In this document: piece after piece, positions 19,259 through 29,485 of the stretch | Layout: each line of letters starts with the position of its first letter | How positions within the stretch are numbered: position 1 is the first letter of the stretch | Virus record (IMG/VR): IMGVR_UViG_3300024231_000003 | Coordinates: 1-64,000 of that record | Origin: a virus | Length of the DNA stretch: 64,000 nt | Direction: 5' to 3' (one strand) | The notes under the pieces: generated by a model | What the model saw: only the letters and a program-made list of their open reading frames with translations | The model's database searches: none | Told to the model about the DNA's origin: nothing | Position numbers and translations under genes: made by a program

Positions 19259-19569
19259 TGAGATACGCCGATCTAATAAGAGGAGAGGTGATAGATCTTA
19301 TCACTGTTCTTGATGCTGAAGGTATAAACACTGTGCCAATGGAAGTTTTACAAAATGAACTTTCAAAAATTGACATAAATGTTGACTCAGCATCATTAAT
19401 GCCTGTATTAGATAAACTTCGTATTGTTGACAATATTAAAGACGGAGTAGTTTACTTTAATAGTGACGAAAACCATGGAGAATACAATAGCCAACCTGAT
19501 CCAGAAAAGCAAGATAAAAAAATTGATAGTATGGCCAGGAAGCAAGTTAACAAAGAGATAAAAAAATGA
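19258..19569 (+). CDS. Hypothetical protein
   Basis: Coupled ORF, 103 aa. Confidence 0.7.
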   Translation: MRYADLIRGEVIDLITVLDAEGINTVPMEVLQNELSKIDINVDSASLMPVLDKLRIVDNIKDGVVYFNSDENHGEYNSQPDPEKQDKKIDSMARKQVNKEIKK

Positions 19570-20183
19570 ATATTGGATTAAATGCAGCACAAGCAAGAGC
19601 CAAAAGCTCACAGGATATGATAGTTTTTGACGAAAACGTAGCTATTATGAAACAAATAATAACTGACACTGCCCTGGGTGCATTTGAAAGTTATATTACT
19701 GATAATACTATAATGACACTTTCAACTCCAATAGCGGTAAAACAAGGAACAGTTTATAACCCCACTGTTTCTGTTGGAGATACTTTGATTATCCAAGACG
19801 TAACAGTTGTGCTTGGTTCTACTAGCACAGACCTAAATGGTATTATCTGTGATATTAACGATGCTGAAATACCAGGCGTAGTAGCATCAAAAGACAGTGG
19901 ATATTTAGTATTAACAGTTGAACTAGTAGCATCTACTACGTGGACTTATACTATCGGAGCTGGCACAGCCAACACATCATTAGGACTTATAGCTGGAACA
20001 TATACTATTGCTGATACAGCAAGTGTTTCATATTTCAATACTTGGCAAGGCACATTAACTGACCGTGCATTACAAAATCAAATGCAACAAGTTATGAATC
20101 ATTTCAATAACTTAGGATACAAGATAGAACAAATTACAAATACTACTACTGCAAAAACATTTAAGTGGCACGTATACTGGTAA
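19566..20183 (+). CDS. Putative virion structural protein
   Basis: Thr-rich beta protein, DINDAEIPGVVAS...GTANTSLGLIAGTY. Confidence 0.6.
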   Translation: MNIGLNAAQARAKSSQDMIVFDENVAIMKQIITDTALGAFESYITDNTIMTLSTPIAVKQGTVYNPTVSVGDTLIIQDVTVVLGSTSTDLNGIICDINDAEIPGVVASKDSGYLVLTVELVASTTWTYTIGAGTANTSLGLIAGTYTIADTASVSYFNTWQGTLTDRALQNQMQQVMNHFNNLGYKIEQITNTTTAKTFKWHVYW

Positions 20184-20202
20184 TCCTGTATAGGAAAAAC
20201 AA

Positions 20203-20970
20203 ATGAAATTTCAAATAAAAAAGATAGCCTTCATTGGTTGCAGCCATTTTTCTGCCTTTGAGACAGGTGCAGGACAAGGTAAAGATAGTTGGACGTGGCA
20301 ACTAGCTGAAAAATTCCCACATCATTTATATAGAAACTACAGTATTGGAGGACGTGGATTAGAGTATTTTCAATGGTGTATAATGGACGCAAAAAAATGG
20401 GGCGCCAATATTGTATTTGTTAATAAAACATATACAGGCAGATGGGGATTATTAGGACAGTTTGATGAAAATGCACCATCTGAATTTGTTTGGGACTTAC
20501 ATGTTATAGATAGTAAATGGTCTGAGGTATACTTAAAATCAGCACATGTATGGGGGAGCCAAGGATCAAATCATGTAAATGGCAACTTAGCACCATATTT
20601 AAAACGTTCTGTTGAAACAGCCTTAGACGTTGTTACAGAAGTTTCTATAGCTAATGAACTAAGAAAAAGTTATGAGTATGAATGGTATAAAATAGCACCG
20701 TCTATGTATAATTTTGATGATTTTTTCTTAGTACATTGGGCACCTGACAATGAGGACTATCCAGAGTCTTTATCAAATTTTAGTGATACTACTGTAGTAG
20801 ATATGCTAAGAGCTGAAGTAGGATGCAATCATGAGCATGAACTATATCCGTATGGTATTACACTTGCAGAAGACGACAACCACCTAACACACAAGGGACA
20901 TAAACTAGTATTGGACAAATATATTTTATCTTCTGAAAAAGTTAGAAATGCATTGACATCTACTGAATAA
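20203..20970 (+). CDS. SGNH/GDSL-like hydrolase or acyltransferase
   Basis: IAFIGCSH (block I), NYSIGGRG (block II), DDNHLTHKGH (DxxH). Confidence 0.65.
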   Translation: MKFQIKKIAFIGCSHFSAFETGAGQGKDSWTWQLAEKFPHHLYRNYSIGGRGLEYFQWCIMDAKKWGANIVFVNKTYTGRWGLLGQFDENAPSEFVWDLHVIDSKWSEVYLKSAHVWGSQGSNHVNGNLAPYLKRSVETALDVVTEVSIANELRKSYEYEWYKIAPSMYNFDDFFLVHWAPDNEDYPESLSNFSDTTVVDMLRAEVGCNHEHELYPYGITLAEDDNHLTHKGHKLVLDKYILSSEKVRNALTSTE

Positions 20971-20981
20971 AATAGTATAAT
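20953..20981 (+). promoter_or_regulatory. Consensus sigma70 promoter; predicted start site coincides with exonuclease ATG
   Basis: TTGACA-17 bp-TATAAT; ATG at 20988. Confidence 0.8.
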
Positions 20982-20987
20982 CAGAGT

Positions 20988-21680
20988 ATGTTTAAAACAA
21001 CTCAACCATATAATTATCAAGAACTAAAGCGTACAGAAGTAGACGGTAAACGTTTATACAAGAATCCTTGGGGAGAACCTGTGCCAAGTGTAACAACCAT
21101 TCTAAGTGCTACACAACCAGCAGAAAAGCGTCAAGCATTGGCTAACTGGCGTAAGCGTGTTGGTACAGAAGAAGCACAACGTATTACTACAACTGCTGCT
21201 AACCGTGGAACAGTTATGCATAATATATTAGAACACTGGGCTTTAGAAAAATATGAAGAATATAATCCAGGAAACAATATAGTACATCAACAAGCTAAAG
21301 CAATGGCAGCTGAAGTTATCCGTAATATTGACCCTAATGTTGAAGAAGTGTGGGGTACAGAAGTTATGTTATGTATGCCTCAGCTATATGCTGGTACCAC
21401 TGATCTTGTTGGTATGTACAAAGGTAAACAAACAATTATGGATTTTAAGCAAACAAATAAGCCTAAGAAACGTGAATGGATTGACGACTATTTTATGCAA
21501 GGTGCAGCATATGCATTAGCACATAATGAGTTGTACGAAACTAAGATCGAAAATATTGCCATCTTTATGTGTAGTGGCGAATGTGAATTTCAGTTATTTG
21601 AAGTAGCAGAAGAAGAATTTAAGCATTGGGAAACAAAATGGTCCCAAAAAGTCGCCCAGTTTTATGGCGTCAACGTATAA
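20988..21680 (+). CDS. PD-(D/E)XK exonuclease (MGME1/RecB-like phage family)
   Basis: PSVTTILS, RGTVMH, E, YAGTTDLVG, IMDFKQT, QGAAYA. Confidence 0.88.
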   Translation: MFKTTQPYNYQELKRTEVDGKRLYKNPWGEPVPSVTTILSATQPAEKRQALANWRKRVGTEEAQRITTTAANRGTVMHNILEHWALEKYEEYNPGNNIVHQQAKAMAAEVIRNIDPNVEEVWGTEVMLCMPQLYAGTTDLVGMYKGKQTIMDFKQTNKPKKREWIDDYFMQGAAYALAHNELYETKIENIAIFMCSGECEFQLFEVAEEEFKHWETKWSQKVAQFYGVNV

Positions 21681-21683
21681 ATA
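21676..21683 (+). promoter_or_regulatory. T4-type late promoter
   Basis: Exact TATAAATA. Confidence 0.65.
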
Positions 21684-21708
21684 CACGATATAGAAGGACA
21701 TCATAAAA

Positions 21709-22500
21709 ATGGCAGAAACAATTATCGCGAAACTGCTAGTTCGTCAAGGAAGTATTCAAGATCTTCCAATGTTGGCAGCTGGTGAATTTGGTCTCGCACA
21801 GGACGAGCAACGCTTATTTATTGGACAAACTCCAAAAACAGGAACACTAGTTAGTGCAACTGTTAATTCAGCAACAGTAAAATTTAGTAATAGTTTTAAT
21901 GATCAGGCTGATCAATATGTAATTGATTTGGATACAGCTTACAATAGGTCATACCAAATTGACGTATATGATTCCGTTACAAACCAACAGATTCCATCTA
22001 TTTTAGGTACAGATATAAGTTCTAACGATGGTGAAAATACTTTCGATCCAGGACTGAGTAGAGCACTAACTACAGCTGATACCATCACTCTTAGGCATAA
22101 TAAAGAAATCACAAATTATAAATCAGATGACCAGATTATAGGAGGCGTAGAATCTATATACCTAGATCCGGTATCTTCACCAGGAACGCCAGAAAATACT
22201 AATCCACGTATTGATTTTAATAGTGAAATAAAAAACAGTATAACATTTGAGTATATGTTAACTTTGGGTACTAATACTACTAGTATAAGAAAAGGAACAT
22301 TATCTATTTCAGTTTATGGAGATGCTACTTCTAATATTGACGATAATTTTACATCAACTGCTGATTTAGCCAATGTAAAATTTAGTATACATGGAGTAAC
22401 ACCAAAGCACTTTAATTTGCAATACGATACTACTAATATAGAACAAATGCAATTTAGCTATACACAAAAATCATTTAAACAAAATCCTGTAATTAATTAA
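21709..22500 (+). CDS. Putative tail/baseplate structural protein
   Basis: N-terminal VRQG...DLPMLAAGEFGLAQDEQRLFIG, a pattern typical of tail-fibre N-terminal domains. Confidence 0.65.
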   Translation: MAETIIAKLLVRQGSIQDLPMLAAGEFGLAQDEQRLFIGQTPKTGTLVSATVNSATVKFSNSFNDQADQYVIDLDTAYNRSYQIDVYDSVTNQQIPSILGTDISSNDGENTFDPGLSRALTTADTITLRHNKEITNYKSDDQIIGGVESIYLDPVSSPGTPENTNPRIDFNSEIKNSITFEYMLTLGTNTTSIRKGTLSISVYGDATSNIDDNFTSTADLANVKFSIHGVTPKHFNLQYDTTNIEQMQFSYTQKSFKQNPVIN

Positions 22501-22513
22501 AACAGAAAATATT

Positions 22514-22945
22514 ATGAACGAAATATGGCTTATGTCTCCTAACGCCAGACTTAAAAAATGGCGATCATTTAGGAAAGATCTAGTTAATCTAGAGTATATG
22601 GATGCAATCACAGCTTGCGTTGAGCTGTGGTCAAGCGCACCAATCTCTTCAAGAGTACTAGATATATATAATACAGATACCTGGTTACGACCATGGGATC
22701 TACTTTGGTCAGGTGACTTAGACCAAGATGCTATAACATTAGGTATGGCATACACATTACAGCTAGGAGGCATTTCAGATAATGAGATCCGACTAGTACA
22801 AGACCAGAATAAAACTTTTTTAAAACTAATAGTAGTTGTTGACAACCAATATGTTTTAAGTTATAGTTACGGAGAAATTGAAGACATTAAAGTCTTGGAA
22901 GATGTAGATACACTAACTACTGTTCCAGTACAAGACTTATTATAA
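22514..22945 (+). CDS. Hypothetical phage protein
   Basis: 143 aa ORF upstream of nrdA. Confidence 0.7.
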   Translation: MNEIWLMSPNARLKKWRSFRKDLVNLEYMDAITACVELWSSAPISSRVLDIYNTDTWLRPWDLLWSGDLDQDAITLGMAYTLQLGGISDNEIRLVQDQNKTFLKLIVVVDNQYVLSYSYGEIEDIKVLEDVDTLTTVPVQDLL

Positions 22946-22966
22946 GAGAATGGGGTGAACAAATAA

Positions 22967-25264
22967 ATGAGTAAAGAAATTACAGTAATTAAAAGAGATG
23001 GCACTAAAGAGTCATTGGACCTGGAAAAGATGCATCAAGTTGTATTTTTTGCTTGTGAAGGAATAGCTGGTGTAAGTGCTAGTGAAGTAGAAATAAAAAG
23101 TCACATTCAATTTTACAATGGTATTGAAACTGCGGATGTACAAGAAACATTAATTAAAGCTGCTGCTGATTTAATTAGTGAAGAAACACCTAACTACCAA
23201 TGGGTAGCAGGACGTTTAGTAAACTATCATATTCGTAAGCAAGTATATGGTGATTTTGAGCCATGGCATTTACGTGATATTGCTAAGAAAAATGTAGAGC
23301 TAGGTTACTACGATAACAATTTTTTTACTGCCTTTACTGATGATGAAATTGATCAGCTTAACAGATATATTAAGCATCAACGTGATGAGAACATCTCATA
23401 TGTTGGTATGGAACAATTTCGTGGAAAATATTTAACACAAAACCGTGTAACTGGGCAGTTGTATGAAACTCCTCAGATTGCATATATGATGATCGCAGCA
23501 ACACTATTTCAAGACTATCCAACAGATACACGTATGAAATGGATTAAGGACTTTTATGACGCTTCTAGTAATTTCGATATTAGTTTACCTACTCCTATTA
23601 TGGCCGGACTCCGCTCGCCGCAACGTCAATTCAGCAGTTGTGTACTTATTGAGACCGATGATAGTCTTGACTCTATTAATGCTACTAGTAGTTCTATTGT
23701 AAAGTATGTAAGTCAAAAAGCAGGTATTGGAATTGGTGCTGGTAGTATACGTGCAATTGGATCTCCTATACGTAATGGTGATACATCACATACAGGCGTT
23801 ATTCCTTTTTATAAGCATTTTCAGTCAGCAGTAAAATCATGTTCACAAGGCGGTGTTCGTGGTGGTGCAGCTACACTGCATTATCCAATTTGGCATTATG
23901 AAGTAGAGGATATGCTTGTACTAAAGAATAACAAAGGTACAGAAGATAATCGAGTACGTCACATGGATTATAGTGTACAATTTAATAAACTAATGTATGA
24001 GCGTCTAATGACAGGTGGAGATATTACATTATTCTCTCCAGCAGATGTTCCTGGTTTATATGATGCATTTTTTAATGATCAAGACGAATTTAAACGTTTA
24101 TACGAAACAGCAGAACGTAATACGCATATACGCAAAAAGACTATTAAAGCGGCAGAACTTTTTGGCTTGTTTATGGAAGAACGTAAGAATACAGGCCGTA
24201 TTTACCTACAAAATGTAGACCATGCAAATACGCATAGTAGCTTTGATGAATCAGCTGCTGCAATACGCATGAGTAACTTGTGTCAGGAAATTAATTTACC
24301 AACTACTCCACTTACAGATTTTACTGATCCAAACGGTGAAATATCACTATGTACACTTGCAGCAATTAATTGGGGTAATATTAAAACTCCAGCAGATTTT
24401 GAGAGAGTATGTACTCTTGCAGTACGTGCATTAGATCAGTTACTAGATTATCAAAATTATCCAGTACTAGCAGCAGAGCTATCAACAATGAAACGCCGTC
24501 CATTAGGTATTGGTATTATCAACTTTGCATATTGGTTAGCTAAGAATGATCATTCTTACCAAGACATTAGTGAAGAAGGACTTGCATTAGTAGACGAATG
24601 GGCAGAAGCGTGGAGCTATTACCTTATTAAAGCAAGTGCAGACTTAGCAGCGGAAAAAGGTATTATATCAGGAAAAGACGAAACAAAGTATGGCCAAGGA
24701 ATCACACCTAACCAAACATATAAAAAAGACGTAGATGATCTTGTACCTCACGTTGAGCGTATGGATTGGGATAGCCTACGTGAGCAATTAAAAGAAACAG
24801 GAACACGCAATAGTACATTAATGGCACTTATGCCTGCAGAAACATCAGCACAAATTAGTAACAGCACAAACGGTATTGAACCACCACGTGCATATGTAAG
24901 TATTAAGCAATCAAAGCATGGTGTACTAAAGCAAGTTGTTCCAGGTTATCCACGCTTAAAAAACAAATACGATTTACTATGGGATCAACGTAGCCCAGAA
25001 GGATATATTAAAATTATGGCAGTATTGCAAAAGTATATCGATCAGGGCATTAGTGTAAACACAAGTTATAATCCAGCGTTTTATGAAGATGAAAAGATTC
25101 CAATGAGTACAATGCTTGGTCACCTATTGACATTTTACAAATATGGCGGCAAGCAATTGTATTACTTTAACACAAATGATGGTCAAGGAGAAATTGACGT
25201 AACATCAGAACCACTTGCACAAGGACTTATCGATGATGAAGCCTGTGATAGTTGCACAATTTAG
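22967..25264 (+). CDS. nrdA: Ribonucleotide reductase class Ia alpha subunit
   Basis: ATP cone VIKRDG, PTPIMAG, FSSCVL, SNLCQEI, MPAETS, C-terminal CDSC. Confidence 0.97.
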   Translation: MSKEITVIKRDGTKESLDLEKMHQVVFFACEGIAGVSASEVEIKSHIQFYNGIETADVQETLIKAAADLISEETPNYQWVAGRLVNYHIRKQVYGDFEPWHLRDIAKKNVELGYYDNNFFTAFTDDEIDQLNRYIKHQRDENISYVGMEQFRGKYLTQNRVTGQLYETPQIAYMMIAATLFQDYPTDTRMKWIKDFYDASSNFDISLPTPIMAGLRSPQRQFSSCVLIETDDSLDSINATSSSIVKYVSQKAGIGIGAGSIRAIGSPIRNGDTSHTGVIPFYKHFQSAVKSCSQGGVRGGAATLHYPIWHYEVEDMLVLKNNKGTEDNRVRHMDYSVQFNKLMYERLMTGGDITLFSPADVPGLYDAFFNDQDEFKRLYETAERNTHIRKKTIKAAELFGLFMEERKNTGRIYLQNVDHANTHSSFDESAAAIRMSNLCQEINLPTTPLTDFTDPNGEISLCTLAAINWGNIKTPADFERVCTLAVRALDQLLDYQNYPVLAAELSTMKRRPLGIGIINFAYWLAKNDHSYQDISEEGLALVDEWAEAWSYYLIKASADLAAEKGIISGKDETKYGQGITPNQTYKKDVDDLVPHVERMDWDSLREQLKETGTRNSTLMALMPAETSAQISNSTNGIEPPRAYVSIKQSKHGVLKQVVPGYPRLKNKYDLLWDQRSPEGYIKIMAVLQKYIDQGISVNTSYNPAFYEDEKIPMSTMLGHLLTFYKYGGKQLYYFNTNDGQGEIDVTSEPLAQGLIDDEACDSCTI

Positions 25265-25273
25265 GAAAAACAA

Positions 25274-26401
25274 ATGTCAGTACTTAACATAAAGAATGAA
25301 AAACACCACACAGAAGCAAATGCATTTTTAGATGAAGGTCTAGGAATGCAACGATACGATTTAATGAAATACAAGCAATTTGATAAATTAACAGAAAAGC
25401 AATTAGGCTTCTTTTGGCTACCACAAGAAGTTGATGTAAGTAAAGATTCCAAAGACTTTAAAAATCTAACGGATCATGAACAGCATATCTTTACATCAAA
25501 TCTAAAGCGACAAATTTTACTAGACAGTGTGCAAGGACGCTCTCCTAATTTGGCATTGTTGCCAATTGTTAGTCTACCTGAATTAGAAACGTGGATTGAA
25601 ACTTGGGCATTTAGTGAAACAATCCACTCACGTAGTTACACTCATATTATTCGTAATGTATACAATGATCCTAGTAAAGTATTTGATACACTGACGGATA
25701 GTAAAGAGATTACTGATTGTGCAGATGACATTTCAAAGTATTATGATGATCTTATTGAGTATACAAACTTACATGATCTATTAGGTTACGGTACACATAC
25801 TATTAATGGTGAAACTGTAGTAATTGATCGTTTGGAACATAAACGTAAAATCTGGATGTGCATTAATAGTGTTAACGTATTAGAAGGTATACGCTTTTAC
25901 GTATCATTTGCATGTAGTTGGGCATTTGCAGAACTTAAAAAGATGGAAGGCAATGCCAAAATCATTAAGTTCATCGCACGTGACGAAAACATTCACTTAG
26001 CAAGTACACAATACTTGTTAGCAAAAGTATTACCAAAAGAAGATCCAGAGTTTGCACAAATTGCAAAAGAGATGGAACCACAAATTACACAAATGTTTGT
26101 AGATGCAGTTGAGCAAGAAAAACAGTGGGCTGATTACTTGTTTAAAGACGGATCAATGATTGGTCTAAATGCAGAACTATTACATAACTACATTGAATGG
26201 ATTGCATGTAAGCGTATGACCGCACTTGGAATGAAATGCCCATACACAACTAGTCAAGCAAATCCACTGCCGTGGACACAGAAGTGGATTAGTGGAGCAG
26301 ATGTACAAGTAGCACCGCAAGAAACAGAAATTAGTTCATATGTTCAGGGTGGAGTGAAACAAGACGTTTCAGAAGATACATTTAAAGGATTCAGTTTATG
26401 A
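25274..26401 (+). CDS. nrdB: Ribonucleotide reductase class Ia beta subunit
   Basis: FFWLPQEV, DSVQGR, ETIHSRSY, EGIRFYVSF, RDENIH, APQETEISSY. Confidence 0.97.
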   Translation: MSVLNIKNEKHHTEANAFLDEGLGMQRYDLMKYKQFDKLTEKQLGFFWLPQEVDVSKDSKDFKNLTDHEQHIFTSNLKRQILLDSVQGRSPNLALLPIVSLPELETWIETWAFSETIHSRSYTHIIRNVYNDPSKVFDTLTDSKEITDCADDISKYYDDLIEYTNLHDLLGYGTHTINGETVVIDRLEHKRKIWMCINSVNVLEGIRFYVSFACSWAFAELKKMEGNAKIIKFIARDENIHLASTQYLLAKVLPKEDPEFAQIAKEMEPQITQMFVDAVEQEKQWADYLFKDGSMIGLNAELLHNYIEWIACKRMTALGMKCPYTTSQANPLPWTQKWISGADVQVAPQETEISSYVQGGVKQDVSEDTFKGFSL

Positions 26402-26652
26402 GCATAGAAATTTATGGAAAACCACAATGTCCATTTTGTGACAGAGCAAAGACATTATGTGAAACTAGACAACTGTCATACAAGTATTATCAGCTTGGCA
26501 CGGACTTTACACGTGAGGAAGTTTTAGAAATGTTCCCAGGAGCAAGAACATTCCCACAAATTAAAGTAAATGGTAAATCAATTGGTGGATACGATGGGTT
26601 TCCACAATACTTAGAAGAAACAAATTATAACGGAACAGGAAATACAATATGA
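26398..26652 (+). CDS. grx: Glutaredoxin
   Basis: CPFC, TFPQI, IGGY. Confidence 0.93.
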   Translation: MSIEIYGKPQCPFCDRAKTLCETRQLSYKYYQLGTDFTREEVLEMFPGARTFPQIKVNGKSIGGYDGFPQYLEETNYNGTGNTI

Positions 26653-26939
26653 TTATAGAAGCACCATATACAGTGAACGACATTGTTAGTCTTAAACTAG
26701 CAAGTGGCGAGGAAATGATTGCCCGCCTAGTAGCTGAAGATGCAACACACGCAACAGTAACAAAGCCACTAATGCTTATTGCTGCAGACAATGGAATGGG
26801 CCTAGCACCGTTTATGTTTACAGTTAGCCCAGAAGCTAAAATTAAACTAAAAATAAATAGTATTATATGTATAGTTAAATCAGCTAAAGATGCTGTTGAT
26901 ATCTATACAAAACAAACATCAGGATTGGCAACAGTATAA
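26649..26939 (+). CDS. Small Sm-like fold hypothetical protein
   Basis: IVSLKLASGEEMIARL pattern. Confidence 0.6.
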   Translation: MIIEAPYTVNDIVSLKLASGEEMIARLVAEDATHATVTKPLMLIAADNGMGLAPFMFTVSPEAKIKLKINSIICIVKSAKDAVDIYTKQTSGLATV

Positions 26940-27226
26940 TGGCAGGAGTTCACAGAAACGGCGATAGTAGAGCATGCGGTGCTAGCACAATAGCAAGTAA
27001 CCCTAACGTCTTTGTGAACAACAAACTAGCGGCTGTTGACGGAAATCCAAATTCACACGGTGGTGGCAATTTAAATGCTGCAAACCCAAATGTGTTTATT
27101 GGAAATAAACTTGTGGTAATTAATGGAAACAGTGCGTCACCTGATGCATTGTGTCCTTTGCCAGGAGGGGCTCATTGTGCGCCTAGTGCAACCAGTGCTA
27201 GCGGCGATGTATTCATAGGCGGATAA
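26939..27226 (+). CDS. PAAR-like spike tip protein
   Basis: HRNGD..CG, NVFVNN..AAVDG...H, SGDVFIGG repeats. Confidence 0.85.
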   Translation: MAGVHRNGDSRACGASTIASNPNVFVNNKLAAVDGNPNSHGGGNLNAANPNVFIGNKLVVINGNSASPDALCPLPGGAHCAPSATSASGDVFIGG

Positions 27227-27227
27227 T

Positions 27228-28523
27228 ATGGCAGATTTTACTAATGGTATAGAAAATGCCCAACACTATTTAAATGCAGTTGATCAAGCAAGTATAGAAG
27301 TACCAACATCTGTTACTTCTAATTTGTTATCAGGTACAGTATCTTCAAGCACAACAAGCTTTAGTATACGAGAAATTATATGTAGTTTACTTGCTGGAAA
27401 TGGCATAAAGCTACCTAATTTACAAATATGTTTAAAAGTTAATATTGGCAGACTATTAAGTATCAGTGGACTTCCACTATCTATAAAAAATGCATTACTT
27501 TCTGTAGAAAAAGCATTAGATGACTTTATTACACATACTGGTATAGACAATGTGCTAGGTAGATTAAACTCTGCCATTGGTGAATTTGCCGCTATTGCTA
27601 ACATGATTAATTTTTGTGGAACACCAGTAGTACCACGTGCTATTCCAAATGTACTAAAAGATGTATTTGGAGCATACTTAGGTAAAGGACAAGATTTAAT
27701 GGATCGATTAGGCGTAATGCTTGATAATGATATTGGATTATGTTTGGGAGACGGTGGATTTAATGTAAGCATTTTTCAGTCAGGATTATTAAAAGATATT
27801 GGAGATTGGGTAGATGATTTTGGAAATATGCCAACTGCAACAATTAATAGTATTACTAACAGTTTAAAAAATCTATCTTCTGATATTAATGACTTAATTA
27901 AATTTGAAAATAACTTTAGCGGCACAGATAATGCTGGCGGTAGTACATTTAGTCCTACAGAAGGCAGAGTGCATACTGGTATTGGTACAGCACTTCCTGA
28001 AAACATGACACTTGCTGAAAGTCAAAAATATGCAAGTTTATTAAAAGCATTGTATTCAGCTACAAGTGCTTATCCTGTTGATGATGCTGGTAATAATATT
28101 ATGCATTACTTACTAGAACCAGAACTTATATCTAAACTGGAATTAGATAGCAATCCCACATATACACTGGAAGAAAACGAACCAGTTTATGATCATTGTG
28201 GAGTTATTACTGGTTATACAAAATCCACAATACAGGCTCCTGCACCAACAAGCACAGGCGGACCAACAGCATCAGCAACACAGCCAGGTGTAGTTGGTCT
28301 TGCAGAAAGCGGAATAGTTCTTAATAACTCTCCTGCATCAACCGTAAATCTAGGAACGACGAACCCCAATGTTCAGTCAAGTGTACCAGATACTCCTATT
28401 GGTAAAAATGGCGATAAAAAAGGTGATATGGCAGTTAATAGTACACATACATTTATTGCAATTGCTAATTATGATGGTACAACAGCAATATGGTCAAAAT
28501 CAGCAAATAATACTAGTTGGTAA
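27228..28523 (+). CDS. Putative baseplate/virion structural protein
   Basis: 431 aa after PAAR; C-terminal PDTPIGKNGDKKGD...W motif. Confidence 0.55.
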   Translation: MADFTNGIENAQHYLNAVDQASIEVPTSVTSNLLSGTVSSSTTSFSIREIICSLLAGNGIKLPNLQICLKVNIGRLLSISGLPLSIKNALLSVEKALDDFITHTGIDNVLGRLNSAIGEFAAIANMINFCGTPVVPRAIPNVLKDVFGAYLGKGQDLMDRLGVMLDNDIGLCLGDGGFNVSIFQSGLLKDIGDWVDDFGNMPTATINSITNSLKNLSSDINDLIKFENNFSGTDNAGGSTFSPTEGRVHTGIGTALPENMTLAESQKYASLLKALYSATSAYPVDDAGNNIMHYLLEPELISKLELDSNPTYTLEENEPVYDHCGVITGYTKSTIQAPAPTSTGGPTASATQPGVVGLAESGIVLNNSPASTVNLGTTNPNVQSSVPDTPIGKNGDKKGDMAVNSTHTFIAIANYDGTTAIWSKSANNTSW

Positions 28524-28541
28524 AATAATTAAAATTAATGC

Positions 28542-28570
28542 TTGACAAGCTGATATCTTAATGCTATAGT
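28542..28570 (+). promoter_or_regulatory. Sigma70-type promoter
   Basis: TTGACA-17 bp-TATAGT with TGn extension. Confidence 0.7.
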
Positions 28571-28598
28571 GTAGCTATAGTAACAAAAAGGTAAAAAC

Positions 28599-29123
28599 AT
28601 GAAAAATTCAATCCTACTAGCAACAGTTGCAACACTTCTGTCAACAGCAGTAAGTGCATCAGAAATTGTACGAACAGGCATTGTACTTAGAAGTGAACCA
28701 ATTTACACTACAAGAACAGAATCAACTCCATCTACATCATGCAAAACAATTGATGTACCAATTTACGGAAGATCTAACACAACCTCAAATGCAGGCGAAG
28801 GTGCTTTCCTTGGTATGCTATTAGGTGGTATTGGTGGCAAAGTAATTGGTGGTAACGACAAAGGCGCCGCAGCAGGTGCTATACTGGGCGGTATTATTGG
28901 TGCTGATAAAGCACAGAAAAATACAACACGCCAGATTGTTGGATATAACCAAGAACAAAGATGTACAACAGTTTATACTAACAAAAAATTACGTACTCTT
29001 GATGGATATTTTACAGTAGTAGAAGTAAGAGAACTTGATTACTTTCGTTATGATTTTGTAAGCAATACACAGTATGCACAAGGTCAAGAACTTAAAACAC
29101 GTATCAAACTTGAAGTAAAATAA
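28599..29123 (+). CDS. Exported glycine-zipper (YcfJ-like) protein
   Basis: Signal peptide; GAFLGMLLGGIGGKVIGG...AAAGAILGGIIGA; C...C pair. Confidence 0.8.
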   Translation: MKNSILLATVATLLSTAVSASEIVRTGIVLRSEPIYTTRTESTPSTSCKTIDVPIYGRSNTTSNAGEGAFLGMLLGGIGGKVIGGNDKGAAAGAILGGIIGADKAQKNTTRQIVGYNQEQRCTTVYTNKKLRTLDGYFTVVEVRELDYFRYDFVSNTQYAQGQELKTRIKLEVK

Positions 29124-29165
29124 AAAGATAAATAAAACTGTAGATAATTAATATACTAAAAAGTG

Positions 29166-29194
29166 TTGACACTAACTCTTACATGTAGTATATT
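29166..29194 (+). promoter_or_regulatory. Sigma70-type promoter of tRNA cluster 1
   Basis: TTGACA-17 bp-TATATT. Confidence 0.7.
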
Positions 29195-29228
29195 AATTAT
29201 ACAAATACCAAAAACTGTTAACAGTTTT

Positions 29229-29304
29229 GCTCCTATAGCTCAGTTGGTAGAGCAACTGATTTGTAATCAGTAGGTCCGCGGTTCAAGTCCGTGTGGGAGC
29301 ACCA
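29229..29304 (+). tRNA. tRNA-Thr(TGT)
   Basis: Full cloverleaf, loop TTTGTAA, encoded CCA. Confidence 0.95.
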
Positions 29305-29310
29305 GTTAAT

Positions 29311-29394
29311 GCGGATGTGGTGGAATGGTAGACACGCAGGTTTTAGGTACCTGTGCTTCACGGCGTGAGAGTTCGAGTCTCTCCATCCGCACCA
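29311..29394 (+). tRNA. tRNA-Leu(TAG)
   Basis: Cloverleaf with long variable arm, loop TTTAGGT, A73, CCA. Confidence 0.95.
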
Positions 29395-29459
29395 AGATGG
29401 TTAGCAACCAGAAATAGCTCGGGTTGGCCATGGTAAGTCAACACTATTATAGGTATTTG

Positions 29460-29467
29460 TATAAATA
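29460..29467 (+). promoter_or_regulatory. T4-type late promoter inside the tRNA cluster, embedded in an inverted repeat
   Basis: TATAAATA within TTATAGGTATTTG-TA-TAAATACTTATAA. Confidence 0.5.
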
Positions 29468-29485
29468 CTTATAACAACAGTTAAT

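Noticed and set aside
22967-26401. Inteins or introns in nrdA/nrdB (also checked helicase and uvsX)
   Set aside because: Protein lengths are normal and motifs are contiguous
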